From: an uncultured Chloroflexia bacterium
Lineage (GTDB): Bacteria > Chloroflexota > Anaerolineae > Anaerolineales > Anaerolineaceae
Direction of reading: 5' to 3'
Assembly (NCBI GenBank): GCA_963704755.1
Contig: OY969938.1
Location: forward strand, 1,020,001-1,052,000
DNA: 32,000 nt
The translations under genes were made by a program, and so were the position numbers. Positions within the stretch are counted from its first letter, which is position 1, and each line of letters opens with the position of its first letter. Positions 24,460-32,000 of the stretch are shown here, piece after piece. The notes under the pieces were generated by a model, which saw only the letters and a program-made list of their open reading frames with translations, was not told where the DNA came from and did no database searches.

Positions 24460-25532
24460 CCATTTCTCTCCTGCGAGCCCGCCGTGTCCCCCAAATTTTG
24501 CTGCCCACCACGAATAGGACCACTAAACCCAATAGAGTTCTGGATTAATGCAGACGGTACCTGCACAGCGCGCTGCATTTTGTCTCCTCCCACCAGCAAA
24601 CCGCCAAACAAAATCGAGGCCGGGATGGCCCCCAGCGGGTGTAAATTCCCAAAGAGCGCGGCTACGATGCCCGAAAAGCCATATCCGCCGGACAAACCTT
24701 CCAGCATACGGTGCTGGACACCCAGCACCTCTACCGTCCCGGCCAGGCCGGCAAAGGCCCCACCCAGGGTCAACGCCAGCATCTGGTAGAAAGGTACCGG
24801 GATACCGGCATAGCGGGAAGCCTTGGGATTGAGCCCTACCGCGCGGATGCGGTAACCGATCGTCGTCCGCCAGAGGAAAATGTACACTAATCCGGCCAGG
24901 ACCACCGCCAGGATGGCGCCTGAGTGCAGCAGCGTTTGCGGCACCAGCCGCGCCAGGTAAACCTGTTTGGGCAGCAGGGCCGATTGGGCAATCCGCGTGC
25001 CGGCGGCGATTTCTGCCGGATCGATCAGCGGTCCGCGCAGCAGAAAATTTGCAAGCTGGGTCGCAATGGCGTTCATCATGACCGTGCTCAGGATCTCGTT
25101 CACCCCCAGTCGAGCCTTGAGGAAACCCGGGATACCCCCCCAGACTGCACCACCCAAAGCCCCTGCAAGCAGGCAGAGCGGCAGCAAGATCACACCCGGC
25201 CAGGTTGGGAAACTTACCGCCAGGGCGGTGGTGGCCAGAGCGCCGACCAGGATCTGTCCCTCCCCGCCGATGTTGATCACCCCGCCGCGAAAGGCGATCG
25301 TGACACCCAGGCCAACCAGCAGCAGCGGCGTGGCTTTGACCAGTGTCTGGGTGATACCCGAGACACTCCCAAAAGCACCTTGAAAGAGCGAGCCGTACGC
25401 CTCGATCGGGTTCGCCTTGAGGGCTAATAACATTATGGCACCGAATATAAAAGCAACCGGGACTGCCAGGAGTGGAAGTAATGCTTCCATGATACGGTTG
25501 AGTATGGTTCTCAATCCTTGATGATCCGGCAT
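24452..25532 (-). pseudogene. ABC transporter permease (YufP/NupB-type, BMP system) with a one-nucleotide frame change at 24539. This is a true frameshift, a sequencing error or recoding.
   Basis: After ...GGDKMQRAVQVPSALIQ the ORF-track frame reads an unlikely hydrophilic tail (NSIGFSGPIRGGQQNLGDTAGSQERNG...). That tail overlaps the next gene by 133 nt. The +1 frame gives TLLGLVVLFVVGSKIWGTRRARRREMDV-stop, a final TM helix plus a basic tail. It ends at 24452 in the classic 8-nt overlap with the next start. The total of 1081 nt equals 360 codons plus 1 nt. Confidence 0.85.
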
Positions 25533-26024
25533 TCTTTGATAGAACTCTCTTTCGGTTTTATGGTAAGGGGATAAGACAGGGCTGCGATGTCATCCCTGTT
25601 TGGTGAGGGCAATTCCCAAAGAAACAGGCTATTGGGGCAAATTCACGATCTTGCGATTACCCTGGAGGTAAGGTGCGGCTGATCCACCGAAAACCATTTG
25701 AATCCACAAACAACTGTATATGCGGGAGCAGCGGCCGAATTTTGGCCCCACATATAGAGGATCACTCCCCTATGGTGAATTATTATTATCGGGAAATCAG
25801 TAAGGTTATCAATCAGTATAGAAGAATTTAAACCTTTTGCCAACTGATTTTAATAATGATCTTACGATTTTTCGGGAAATGTATGACATTTCGATGATTA
25901 AATTGCCATCCTTTCACCCGGGTAACCATAAGTAACAAAGGTTATCCAATTTCGCCTGATTTACCTAGCCCCGTTTGGGTAGTTTTCATAAATCGGTTCT
26001 CCGGGATTTCCCGTGGTAAGGGGA

Positions 26025-26073
26025 ATATCTGGGGGTTGCTGGCGGGCGAAGCCCGCCAGCAACCCCCAGATAT
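26025..26073. repeat. Perfect 49-nt palindrome with a 23-bp stem and GAA loop
   Basis: ATATCTGGGGGTTGCTGGCGGGC (26025-26047), GAA, then GCCCGCCAGCAACCCCCAGATAT (26051-26073). The arms are exact reverse complements and no U-tract follows on either strand. Confidence 0.95.
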
Positions 26074-26277
26074 CTTAACCATCACGGCGATTCCCAATGA
26101 GCCTTTAAATCAACCTTGGGAGAGAATCGATTTTGGAGGCTGCCCCAAAGCGGTTTTGGAACAGCCTTTCGACCCGATCCGCTGTTTTTGGGGGTGGCTC
26201 CTCAAGAAAAATTCGTTCGTGGAGAGAAAAGCTGTGAAAACCAATAACATAACCTTAACAAGACCCAGGGCAATCCC

Positions 26278-26286
26278 TGCTATAAT
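26278..26286 (+). promoter_or_regulatory. Extended -10 promoter element upstream of the sulfotransferase gene
   Basis: TGCTATAAT (TGn + TATAAT) lies 27 nt upstream of the TTG start, which has a GGAGGT Shine-Dalgarno sequence 6 nt upstream. Confidence 0.45.
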
Positions 26287-26312
26287 TTCTCCATTGATTT
26301 TGGAGGTAACCA

Positions 26313-26942
26313 TTGTCCTTAAACCCTGAAATGTCCCTGGGTGAACCCGTTTTTATTGTTTCCGGGTTACCCCGGTCGGGCACGTCCCTGATGATGAAAA
26401 TGCTCCAGGCGGCCGGATTCGATATCCTGACCGATCACCTGCGCCAGGGGGATGAGTTCAATCCGAACGGCTATTTCGAGTTCGAGCCGGTCAAGGAACT
26501 CAAGACGGGCCATAACGACTGGCTGAAAGCCGCTTCGGGACAGGTGGTAAAAATTGTTTCCCCGTTACTGCAATACCTGCCTGAAGATTGCACCTACAAA
26601 ATCATTTTCATGCAGCGCGACCTGGCTGAAGTGATGGCTTCCCAGGCCAGGATGCTGGCCGGGTTTCAAAAATCGACCAGCGCTGAAAAGGAAAGCTCGC
26701 TGGAACTGGTTTATCGCGAACATCTGCTGCGGATCAACCGCTGGATGAGCCAGCAGTCGAACCTTTCCTTTCACGTCGTGGACTATAATTTGCTCTTTTC
26801 CGATCCACACGGCATAATCACCGAGTTAACCGAATTCCTGGAAAGGCCCTTGCCGGTCGAGCGCATGATCGAAATCATCGACCCGAATCTTTATCGCAAC
26901 CGGCATACCGGCTTGCCCTCGCCAGTTCATCTCCCCATTTAA
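26313..26942 (+). CDS. Sulfotransferase-family protein (PAPS-dependent fold)
   Basis: The 209-aa ORF has the 5'-phosphosulfate-binding loop VSGLPRSGTSLMMKML near the N-terminus and is of small cytosolic size. The TTG start is supported by the Shine-Dalgarno sequence. An alternative ATG lies at 26331. Confidence 0.65.
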   Translation: MSLNPEMSLGEPVFIVSGLPRSGTSLMMKMLQAAGFDILTDHLRQGDEFNPNGYFEFEPVKELKTGHNDWLKAASGQVVKIVSPLLQYLPEDCTYKIIFMQRDLAEVMASQARMLAGFQKSTSAEKESSLELVYREHLLRINRWMSQQSNLSFHVVDYNLLFSDPHGIITELTEFLERPLPVERMIEIIDPNLYRNRHTGLPSPVHLPI

Positions 26943-26955
26943 AGGTATTGGCTTT

Positions 26956-28575
26956 ATGGAAAACCTGACCATTTCGCCATCCGCCGGCGCGAAAACCAAC
27001 TTTGTCCTGATCATTCTCGACACCCATCGCGCTGACCGGATGGGCCTGAATGGTTATGCCCGCAGCACCACCCCTAACCTGGATGCTTTCGCCCGCTCGG
27101 CCACCGTGTTTGAGAACGCGGTTGCCCCGGCCCAGTGGACGATTCCCTCGCACGCCTCCATGTTCACCGGCCTGCCCCCCACCAGTCACCTGGTCACCCA
27201 GGCCAACAGCGTACTGGACGATCACTTTACCACCTTCGCCGAGTTCCTTTCCGCCGCCGGGTACGAGACGGTGGGTTTTTGCAACAACCCCCTGCTGGGG
27301 CTGATCCACAATAATTTACGGCGCGGGTTCGAGACGTTTTACAATTACAGCGGCACCACGCCGGACATTCCCCAGGATTTCCCCCAGAATTCGGTCTATC
27401 CCTTTGTCCGTACCTGGGATAAGCTGGCCAGTGTGGTACGCCGTACCCTCGACCCGATCCAAAACAAGTTTGCCACCTCGAACAAATTGCTAGTCGCGGC
27501 CACCAACCCTTTGTTCGTGCCGCTCTGGACCCGGTTTGTCCATTTCAAGGGCAATACCCGCATTTCCATCCGCCATTCTGCCCGTTTCCTGGCCCAAAAT
27601 ACGGGCCGCCGCAATGCCACTCCCTACCTCTTTTTCTTGAATTTGATGGAGACGCACCTGCCGTTTTTCCCTCCGCGCGAATACATCCAGCGCTTTGCAC
27701 CTTATGTCAAAGATGAGCCGGCCGCGGAAAAATTCATGCGCTCTTTCAACAAGCAGGCCATGCAATGGCTGATCCCACTTAAAACACCCTTCACCGAGTT
27801 GGAAGCCAGCACACTCAGCGATATGTACGACGCCGAGGTAGCCTACCAGGACCATCTTTTGGGCGAATTGCTGGAAACATTGGAGCGGCCGGCCATTCGC
27901 GACAACACCATGGTGATTATCGCTGCCGACCACGGCGAAATGCTCGGCGAGCACAATTTCATGGGCCACGGTTTTGGCGCCTACAAAGAGCTGGTCCAGG
28001 TGCCCTTGATGATCCGCCTGCCCGGACAAACATCCGGCCGCAGGATTGCCCGCCCGGTATCCACCACCCGCCTGTTCCACACCATTTTGGATACAGCCGG
28101 CATGCCCGAGGTCAAAAACCAGACCGGCGAAACCACGAACAACCACATCAACAGCCTGCTCTACGACCTCGATCTCCCGGCCGCCCCCTTTACACCGCAA
28201 GGATACGAGGTGGTCACCGAAGCTTATGCGCCGCAAGACGCGATCCAGATGATGGAAAAGTTCGAGCCGGAGTTGATCCCTCAGTACCAAACCCGCAAAA
28301 CTCACCGGGCGGTCTATTCCCAAGAATATAAGCTATACGCAATCGAGGATGTCCGCCAGCAGCTATTGACCTTGCTCGACCAGGAACTGAACCCCGAAAG
28401 CGAAGATTTTTCCGCCGAGGCCAGCGAACAGGCTCGCGAGCGTCTGGCACACCAATTGGAACGCTTTGTCAGCGTCAGCCGTGAAGGCCACCCGATCGGC
28501 TGGGCCCCGGCTACGGCCGACCTTTCCGATCCGCTGATCGAACAGCAACTGCGCGACCTGGGCTATATGGCCTGA
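26956..28575 (+). CDS. Sulfatase-fold (alkaline phosphatase superfamily) hydrolase/transferase with T-x-P-x-H in place of the C/S-x-P-x-R formylglycine motif
   Basis: The 539-aa ORF has an N-terminus VLIILDTHRADRMG...TPNLDAF...WTIPSHASMFTG, collinear with the arylsulfatase pattern DD.RAD...TPN.D...C.P.RAS..TG. A later segment, IIAADHGEMLGEH, corresponds to the sulfatase metal-ligand region. Confidence 0.8.
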   Translation: MENLTISPSAGAKTNFVLIILDTHRADRMGLNGYARSTTPNLDAFARSATVFENAVAPAQWTIPSHASMFTGLPPTSHLVTQANSVLDDHFTTFAEFLSAAGYETVGFCNNPLLGLIHNNLRRGFETFYNYSGTTPDIPQDFPQNSVYPFVRTWDKLASVVRRTLDPIQNKFATSNKLLVAATNPLFVPLWTRFVHFKGNTRISIRHSARFLAQNTGRRNATPYLFFLNLMETHLPFFPPREYIQRFAPYVKDEPAAEKFMRSFNKQAMQWLIPLKTPFTELEASTLSDMYDAEVAYQDHLLGELLETLERPAIRDNTMVIIAADHGEMLGEHNFMGHGFGAYKELVQVPLMIRLPGQTSGRRIARPVSTTRLFHTILDTAGMPEVKNQTGETTNNHINSLLYDLDLPAAPFTPQGYEVVTEAYAPQDAIQMMEKFEPELIPQYQTRKTHRAVYSQEYKLYAIEDVRQQLLTLLDQELNPESEDFSAEASEQARERLAHQLERFVSVSREGHPIGWAPATADLSDPLIEQQLRDLGYMA

Positions 28576-28620
28576 GCCGCTTCCCCCCGCCGGTTCATTA
28601 ACTTTAAAGGGAGCAGAGCT

Positions 28621-29493
28621 ATGATCAATCCAATCATTTTCACCATTCGCATCGGCAGCTTTTCATTAGCCATCCACTGGTATGGGGTCATCGTCATGTC
28701 GGCGATCCTGATTGCCACCTGGCTGGCCACCCGTGAACTGGAGCGCAAACACGGCGACCCGAACTGGATCTGGGATTCGCTGCCCCTGATCGTCCTGTTC
28801 GGCGTGATCGGCGCCCGGCTGTGGTATGTGGTCAACGACATCCTGGGCGGAGATCCGCATTACCTGGCCCAGCCGCTCGATATCCTCAACATACCAGCCG
28901 GCGGGCTGCATATTTTTGGCGGTTTCCTGTTCGGCGGGATTACTTTTTTGATTTATGCGCGCAAGAACAAGGTAGACGTCTGGAAAGTAATCGATTCGCT
29001 CGCGCCCTTCCTGCTCATTGGCCAGGCGCTCGCCCGGCCGGCCAATTTCATCAACCAGGAGCTTTACGGTCCGCCCACAACCTTGCCCTGGGGTATCCCT
29101 ATTTCAGCCGACCACCGCATCTTTCCCTGGACAGACCTGGTCCAATATCCGGTCGCCACGACCCGCTTCCACCCCACCTTTGCCTACGAAATGATCTGGA
29201 ATTTTGCCGCCGGCGGGCTGCTGGTCTGGCTCTCGCATAAATACGAGGACCGCCTGCGCCCGGGCGCGGTCTTCTTCGCCTGGTTGATCCTGGCCGGGGT
29301 TGGGCGGGTGATTATCGAAGCCTTCCGCCCGGACCAGCCGGTTATTCCCGGCACCGGCTTGAGCTATTCACGGCTCATCTCAGGACTGATGGCCCTGGCC
29401 GGGATAATCCTGCTTCTCGGGCGATACGACGTCTTCCACTTCAAGTTTTTACCCCCTGCCGCCGAAAGCGACGCGCCTGTAGAAGAGAAATAA
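28621..29493 (+). CDS. lgt: Prolipoprotein diacylglyceryl transferase
   Basis: The 290-aa ORF has the Lgt hallmarks HWYGVIV, GARLWYV, GGLHIFGG, RPANFINQELYG..T.LPWG and FHPTFAYE. Confidence 0.92.
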   Translation: MINPIIFTIRIGSFSLAIHWYGVIVMSAILIATWLATRELERKHGDPNWIWDSLPLIVLFGVIGARLWYVVNDILGGDPHYLAQPLDILNIPAGGLHIFGGFLFGGITFLIYARKNKVDVWKVIDSLAPFLLIGQALARPANFINQELYGPPTTLPWGIPISADHRIFPWTDLVQYPVATTRFHPTFAYEMIWNFAAGGLLVWLSHKYEDRLRPGAVFFAWLILAGVGRVIIEAFRPDQPVIPGTGLSYSRLISGLMALAGIILLLGRYDVFHFKFLPPAAESDAPVEEK

Positions 29494-29496
29494 CCC

Positions 29497-30171
29497 TCAT
29501 CCTATCCCCAACTGGCGCGCCTTCAGTGCTGCCTGGGTGCGGTCCTGGACGTTCAGCTTCTGGTAAATCACCGATATGTAATTCTTGACGGTCCCTTCGG
29601 TCAGGTTCAGCCGCCGGGCAATTTCTTTATTGGTCAGCCCGCGACTTAGCCAGCCTAAAATCTCATTTTCTCGCGCCGAAAGCGGCTCAGGCAGGACAGC
29701 GCCAACCGCGGAGTGGGTGGGTGCCAGCCGTGAAAACTCCGCCAACACTTTGCGGGCCACCGAAGGTTGGATCAAGGCGCCCCCACGGGCTACCTGACGA
29801 ATGGCATCGGCCAGTTCCTGGCCGGAAACGTCCTTGAGCAGGTATCCCAGGGCGCCGGCCCGCAAGCCATCAAAAATATAGGTCTCATCGTCGAAGGTGG
29901 TCAAAATGATCACCTTGGCGTCCGGCCAGCGATTTAACATCTGGCGGGTGGCCTCCACCCCATCCATGCCGGGCATACGCACATCCATCAGCACTACGTC
30001 CGGGTGGACAGCCTCGTATAGGTGCAGGGCAGCCTGGCCTTCCTCGGCCTCGCCGACCACGTCCAGGCCATCTTCCAGTTCCAGCAGCGTGCGCAACCCA
30101 TCACGCATCAGGCGTTGATCGTCTACCAGGCAAACGCGAATGGGAGCATCATCCGCAGGCGCGGTCTTCAT
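29497..30171 (-). CDS. NarL/FixJ (LuxR-type HTH) response regulator
   Basis: The 224-aa ORF has a receiver domain (VCLVDDQ...VVLMDVRMPGMDG...IILTTF). It also has a C-terminal LuxR HTH (LSARENEILGWLSRGLTNKEIARRLNLTEGTVKNYIS). Confidence 0.92.
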   Translation of the reverse strand: MKTAPADDAPIRVCLVDDQRLMRDGLRTLLELEDGLDVVGEAEEGQAALHLYEAVHPDVVLMDVRMPGMDGVEATRQMLNRWPDAKVIILTTFDDETYIFDGLRAGALGYLLKDVSGQELADAIRQVARGGALIQPSVARKVLAEFSRLAPTHSAVGAVLPEPLSARENEILGWLSRGLTNKEIARRLNLTEGTVKNYISVIYQKLNVQDRTQAALKARQLGIG

Positions 30172-31360
30172 ACGGAACCTCCCTGGGCAGCGGGATGCGG
30201 AAAATCAACTGCGTACCTCCGCCCGGACGCGGAACAACCAGAAATTCACCCTCCAACAGCGCCGCCCTTTCTTTGAGCCCGGTCAGACCGAAACCTTTAT
30301 GGTCCGTTTCGGCGGTTAGACCGACGCCGTTATCGCTGACGAGCAAAGTCAGGTTTCCATCACGCTGATCCATTTGCAGCCAGGCCTCGCTGGCGTGCGA
30401 GTGGCGCTGGATATTGGTCAGCCCCTCCTGGGCGGCCCGGTAAATCGCCTGCCGGTGGGCGGCCGGCACCGGTTCGGGACATTCCCCCAGGCTGAGATTG
30501 ATTTGAATGCCGGTCGCTTCCTGCACCTGGCGAGCTAGCAACGGCAGGGCCTGTTCTAACGGTAGATCCTCTTCCACAGCCGCGCGCAGGATCGCTACCG
30601 TCCGGCGCAATTCTCCCAATCCTTCGCGAATTTGTTCGCGCACCGTCCCCAGGATTTGTTCGGCCCGCTCCGGGTTGGAACGGACCAGGCGCTGGGCACC
30701 TTCCAACTGCACCGAAACCACCGTCAGCCGGTGACCCAGCGTATCGTGCATCTCGCGGGCAATGCGGTTACGCTCCTGGGTGATGGTCAATTCTTCGAGC
30801 CGGCTGGTGTATTCCTGCAACTGGTTGTGGGCCGCCTGGAGCTCGGCCAGGAGCTGTTCGCTGCGCTTGCGGTCCTTCATCGCCTGGCTGGTCGTCCAGC
30901 CAAAAATGGCAAAGAAAAGGTACCCGGCCGCATACGGCAGCAATAAGAGCAGTCCCATCCAGCCGATGAAAACGGCAAAAATCACCCCGGTTACTAAAGT
31001 GAAGATGCCTACCCAAACCACACCGATCGTGATGGGGAAACGGATAAGCGCTTCAGGCCCCAGCAGGAAAAACAGGATCGGAAACACGCCCCAATTGGGC
31101 TGCATGTAGATCAAACCGGCCACCACACAGGTCTCGGCGGCCAACTTCGATTGCATCAGCCAGTTAGAAGCATGGTGATAATCCGGCACAAAAAAGAGAA
31201 CCGCAAAAACGACCAACAGGCCAATGGCCAAAGCGCGTTTGCGGGGCTCTTCCAGGTCCATTACCCCTGTAACTGCCACGGCCAGGTAAGCCAATACGGC
31301 TGGCAGGAGCAAATAATTGGGCTTTGGAGAACGGCGTTCCATATCATGATTGTACATCAA
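30149..31360 (-). CDS. Membrane-embedded sensor histidine kinase, HisKA_3 type (DesK/LiaS/NarX class)
   Basis: The 403-aa ORF has about five N-terminal TM helices with no sizeable extracytoplasmic loop. It has the H-box REMHDTLGH, an N-box and the G-boxes DNGVG and GFGLTGLKERA. It overlaps the response regulator gene by 23 nt. Confidence 0.9.
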   Translation of the reverse strand: MMYNHDMERRSPKPNYLLLPAVLAYLAVAVTGVMDLEEPRKRALAIGLLVVFAVLFFVPDYHHASNWLMQSKLAAETCVVAGLIYMQPNWGVFPILFFLLGPEALIRFPITIGVVWVGIFTLVTGVIFAVFIGWMGLLLLLPYAAGYLFFAIFGWTTSQAMKDRKRSEQLLAELQAAHNQLQEYTSRLEELTITQERNRIAREMHDTLGHRLTVVSVQLEGAQRLVRSNPERAEQILGTVREQIREGLGELRRTVAILRAAVEEDLPLEQALPLLARQVQEATGIQINLSLGECPEPVPAAHRQAIYRAAQEGLTNIQRHSHASEAWLQMDQRDGNLTLLVSDNGVGLTAETDHKGFGLTGLKERAALLEGEFLVVPRPGGGTQLIFRIPLPREVPYEDRACG

Positions 31361-31464
31361 AGCACCTCTCGCTTAGGAAAAGACCATCTATAAGGGATAA
31401 GGTAGAACCGCTGAAACCCCAATCATTCAAACCTCGATCCCGCTTGACCGCACTCGCTTTGCCG

Positions 31465-31517
31465 GACAAAACGCCGGCACCTTCCCCTTGATTTTTCCTC
31501 AAGGAAAAGGCACCGGC
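31465..31517 (-). terminator. Strand-specific rho-independent terminator of the ABC-2 permease gene
   Basis: The 19-nt arms are 31473-31491 and 31499-31517. On the plus strand there are 4 C/A mismatches, but on the minus-strand RNA these become G-U pairs, so all 19 positions pair. GUUUUG follows on the minus strand (31472-31467). Confidence 0.7.
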
Positions 31518-31582
31518 ATGCAATAATGTGTATCTGGATTTCAAAGATAAACCTGCTTGAGCATGTGGAAATGCTGCCCGGC

Positions 31583-32000
31583 CTAGTCGAAGCGGAAGCG
31601 CCAGATGGCGATGCCCCAGAAGATGACGGCGAAACCTAGCAGCACACCAACACTGGGCAGGATAGCGCTTACGCCCAGCCCGCGGACAATCACGTCCTGG
31701 AACCCGTTCAGCGCCCAGGAATGGGGGGTGAACTTGGCCAGCGTCTGCATGAAGTGCGGCATCACATACAACGGGATCATGCTGCCGCCGATAGCGGAGA
31801 GCATCACCGCCAGCAGCGTGCCCAGGCTGCCGGCCTGTTCCTGGGTCTTGGTCAGGCTGGCCAGCAGTAAGCCCATCCCGGTCGCGGCGGCAGCCGAGGC
31901 CAGGGATAGCAGGATCAATGCCAGGTAGTTATTGCCCAGGGTCATGTGGAAGACCAGGATGCCGACCGTGAACATCAACGCGATCTGGACCAGGTTGACC
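31583..32000 (-). CDS. ABC-2 type transporter permease, C-terminal part (gene continues beyond the window)
   Basis: The frame stays open up to position 32000 (...VNLVQIALMFTVGILVF...). The hydrophobic C-terminal half carries the ABC-2 pattern (SLGTLLAVMLSAIGGSMIPLYVMP...PHSWALNGF). Confidence 0.8.
   Translation of the reverse strand, partial: VNLVQIALMFTVGILVFHMTLGNNYLALILLSLASAAAATGMGLLLASLTKTQEQAGSLGTLLAVMLSAIGGSMIPLYVMPHFMQTLAKFTPHSWALNGFQDVIVRGLGVSAILPSVGVLLGFAVIFWGIAIWRFRFD

Noticed and set aside
25541-25548. A third occurrence of the 8-mer core AGAACTCT, and a near match CCAGAACTT at 19605-19613.
   Set aside because: The 8-mer is intergenic and about one copy is expected by chance in 64 kb of two-strand sequence. 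The 19605 site differs from the 10-mer and lies on the non-coding strand of an intact gene. Neither is associated with a frame break.
23302-25660. Known purine, ZTP, PRPP or xanthine-type riboswitches upstream of the BMP SBP gene (23302-23526) and upstream of the first permease gene (25533-25660).
   Set aside because: I could not find the purine-riboswitch conserved loops or the ZTP pseudoknot motif in the correct (minus) orientation. A CCTGCCTGGGGA string resembling the ZTP 3' motif is on the wrong strand. Only generic stems are present, so a covariance-model scan would be needed.
1-32000. Screen of the whole window for CRISPR arrays, tandem repeats, IS elements or transposases, integrases, toxin-antitoxin pairs, restriction-modification systems or other defence genes, and rRNA/tRNA genes.
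   Set aside because: No regularly spaced direct repeats were seen. No ORF has DDE, HUH, tyrosine-recombinase, reverse-transcriptase, nuclease or methyltransferase motifs. No rRNA-like or cloverleaf-forming segment was recognised by eye.

Overview
This is a gene-dense, moderately GC-rich bacterial chromosomal segment, and about 26 of roughly 29 genes are on the minus strand. I saw no rRNA, tRNA, CRISPR array, transposase, integrase, phage gene or recognisable defence gene. All product calls rest on motifs read by eye, with no database search.

Gene content, left to right:
- A NuoE/NuoF/NuoG-like soluble flavoprotein module, of formate dehydrogenase or hydrogenase type. Its third gene runs off the left edge.
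- A manganese uptake operon: mntH, a tandem USP gene and a DtxR-family regulator.
- A divergent cspA with a long structured leader.
- An Opp/Dpp-type ABC importer (SBP-B-C-D-F), two LacI-family regulators and a GH130 beta-mannoside phosphorylase. This looks like a glycan uptake locus rather than a peptide one.
- A molybdenum hydroxylase: an FAD subunit plus a fused [2Fe-2S]/MoCo subunit.
- A BMP-family (nucleoside-type) ABC importer in the unusual order permease-permease-SBP-ATPase.
- A sulfotransferase, a sulfatase-fold protein and lgt.
- A DesK/LiaS-like histidine kinase, a NarL-type response regulator, and the 3' end of an ABC-2 permease.

I found no novel multi-gene system. The non-routine signals are two:
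1. Two unrelated ABC-transporter genes are each broken by a one-nucleotide frame change at the identical 10-mer CCAGAACTCT. Those are the only two copies of that 10-mer I found in the window.
2. Three long, perfect, mutually unrelated palindromes (stems of 21, 26 and 23 bp) sit in intergenic DNA. One is flanked by 14-bp direct repeats that duplicate the 3' end of a gene.

Several near-consensus promoters, operator-like palindromes and terminators can also be read directly from the sequence.
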